A stretch of 63,273 nucleotides of DNA, filler included, from Choristocarpus tenellus KU-1152 (taxonomy: Eukaryota > Protista > Phaeophyceae): assembly GCA_964200185.2 (NCBI GenBank). It is 10 parts of 10 records of this genome, joined end to end, with 100 filler letters (N's around TTAATTAATTAA, not from the genome) between each part and the next. Parts side by side here need not be neighbours in the genome. Positions count along the whole stretch, not along the records: positions 55,833 to 63,273 come from CAXNAD020006157.1; 9 more parts are not named here. One strand, given 5' to 3'. Position 1 is the first letter of the stretch. Each line of letters starts with the position of its first letter. The notes beneath the pieces are model-generated. The model was not told the DNA's origin. It made no database searches and was given only the letters and a program-made list of their open reading frames with translations. Shown in pieces: positions 63,150 through 63,273 of this stretch. Both the position numbers and the translations under genes were made by a program.

Positions 63150-63273
63150 GACCCAAATTATCTGGGGGTGGGGGGGGGGGTCTACACCAGGGTGTCCATT
63201 TGGACCATAACCAGGAAAAGTGCCTTTACATTACCCCTCCAACTTATGCAACCAAACCCCACAAAAATCGCAA
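63150..63273 (-). mobile_element. MITE family B copy truncated at window end
   Basis: GACCCAAATTATCTGGGGG..TCTACACCAGGGTGTCCATTTGGAC. Confidence 0.88.

Overview
This is eukaryotic nuclear DNA, most likely from a brown alga or close stramenopile relative (EsV-1-7 repeat gene, GT-AG introns, brown-algal-style LTR/LINE remnants). It is not one locus. Nine identical 100-bp artificial spacers (N44-TTAATTAATTAA-N44) join ten short contigs, so nothing can be inferred from adjacency across spacers. Four intron-containing host genes can be reconstructed with consistent splice phases: an IQ-motif protein (minus, 7652-11463), a six-repeat EsV-1-7 Cys/His protein with a Gln-rich tail (minus, 15949-20189), a two-HMG-box protein (minus, ~42591-49693) and a kinesin-3-like stalk/FHA region (plus, 56146-62101). 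The rest is mostly transposon debris: a decayed chromodomain-type Ty3/gypsy element, several Ty1/copia and LINE remnants, and a decayed Helitron Rep. About 30 copies of four related short TIR elements (MITE families A-D) share a G(A/G)(G/C)(T/C)CAAA terminus and leave both 3-bp and 4-bp target-site duplications. The most striking signals are (i) short telomeric (TTAGGG)n tracts written into the middle of known sequences with microhomology or flanking duplication, suggesting telomerase-assisted break repair, (ii) the MITE clan with mixed TSD length, and (iii) the HMG gene as a candidate relative of the brown-algal male-determining HMG factor. All family assignments come from motif recognition by eye; no database searches were run.
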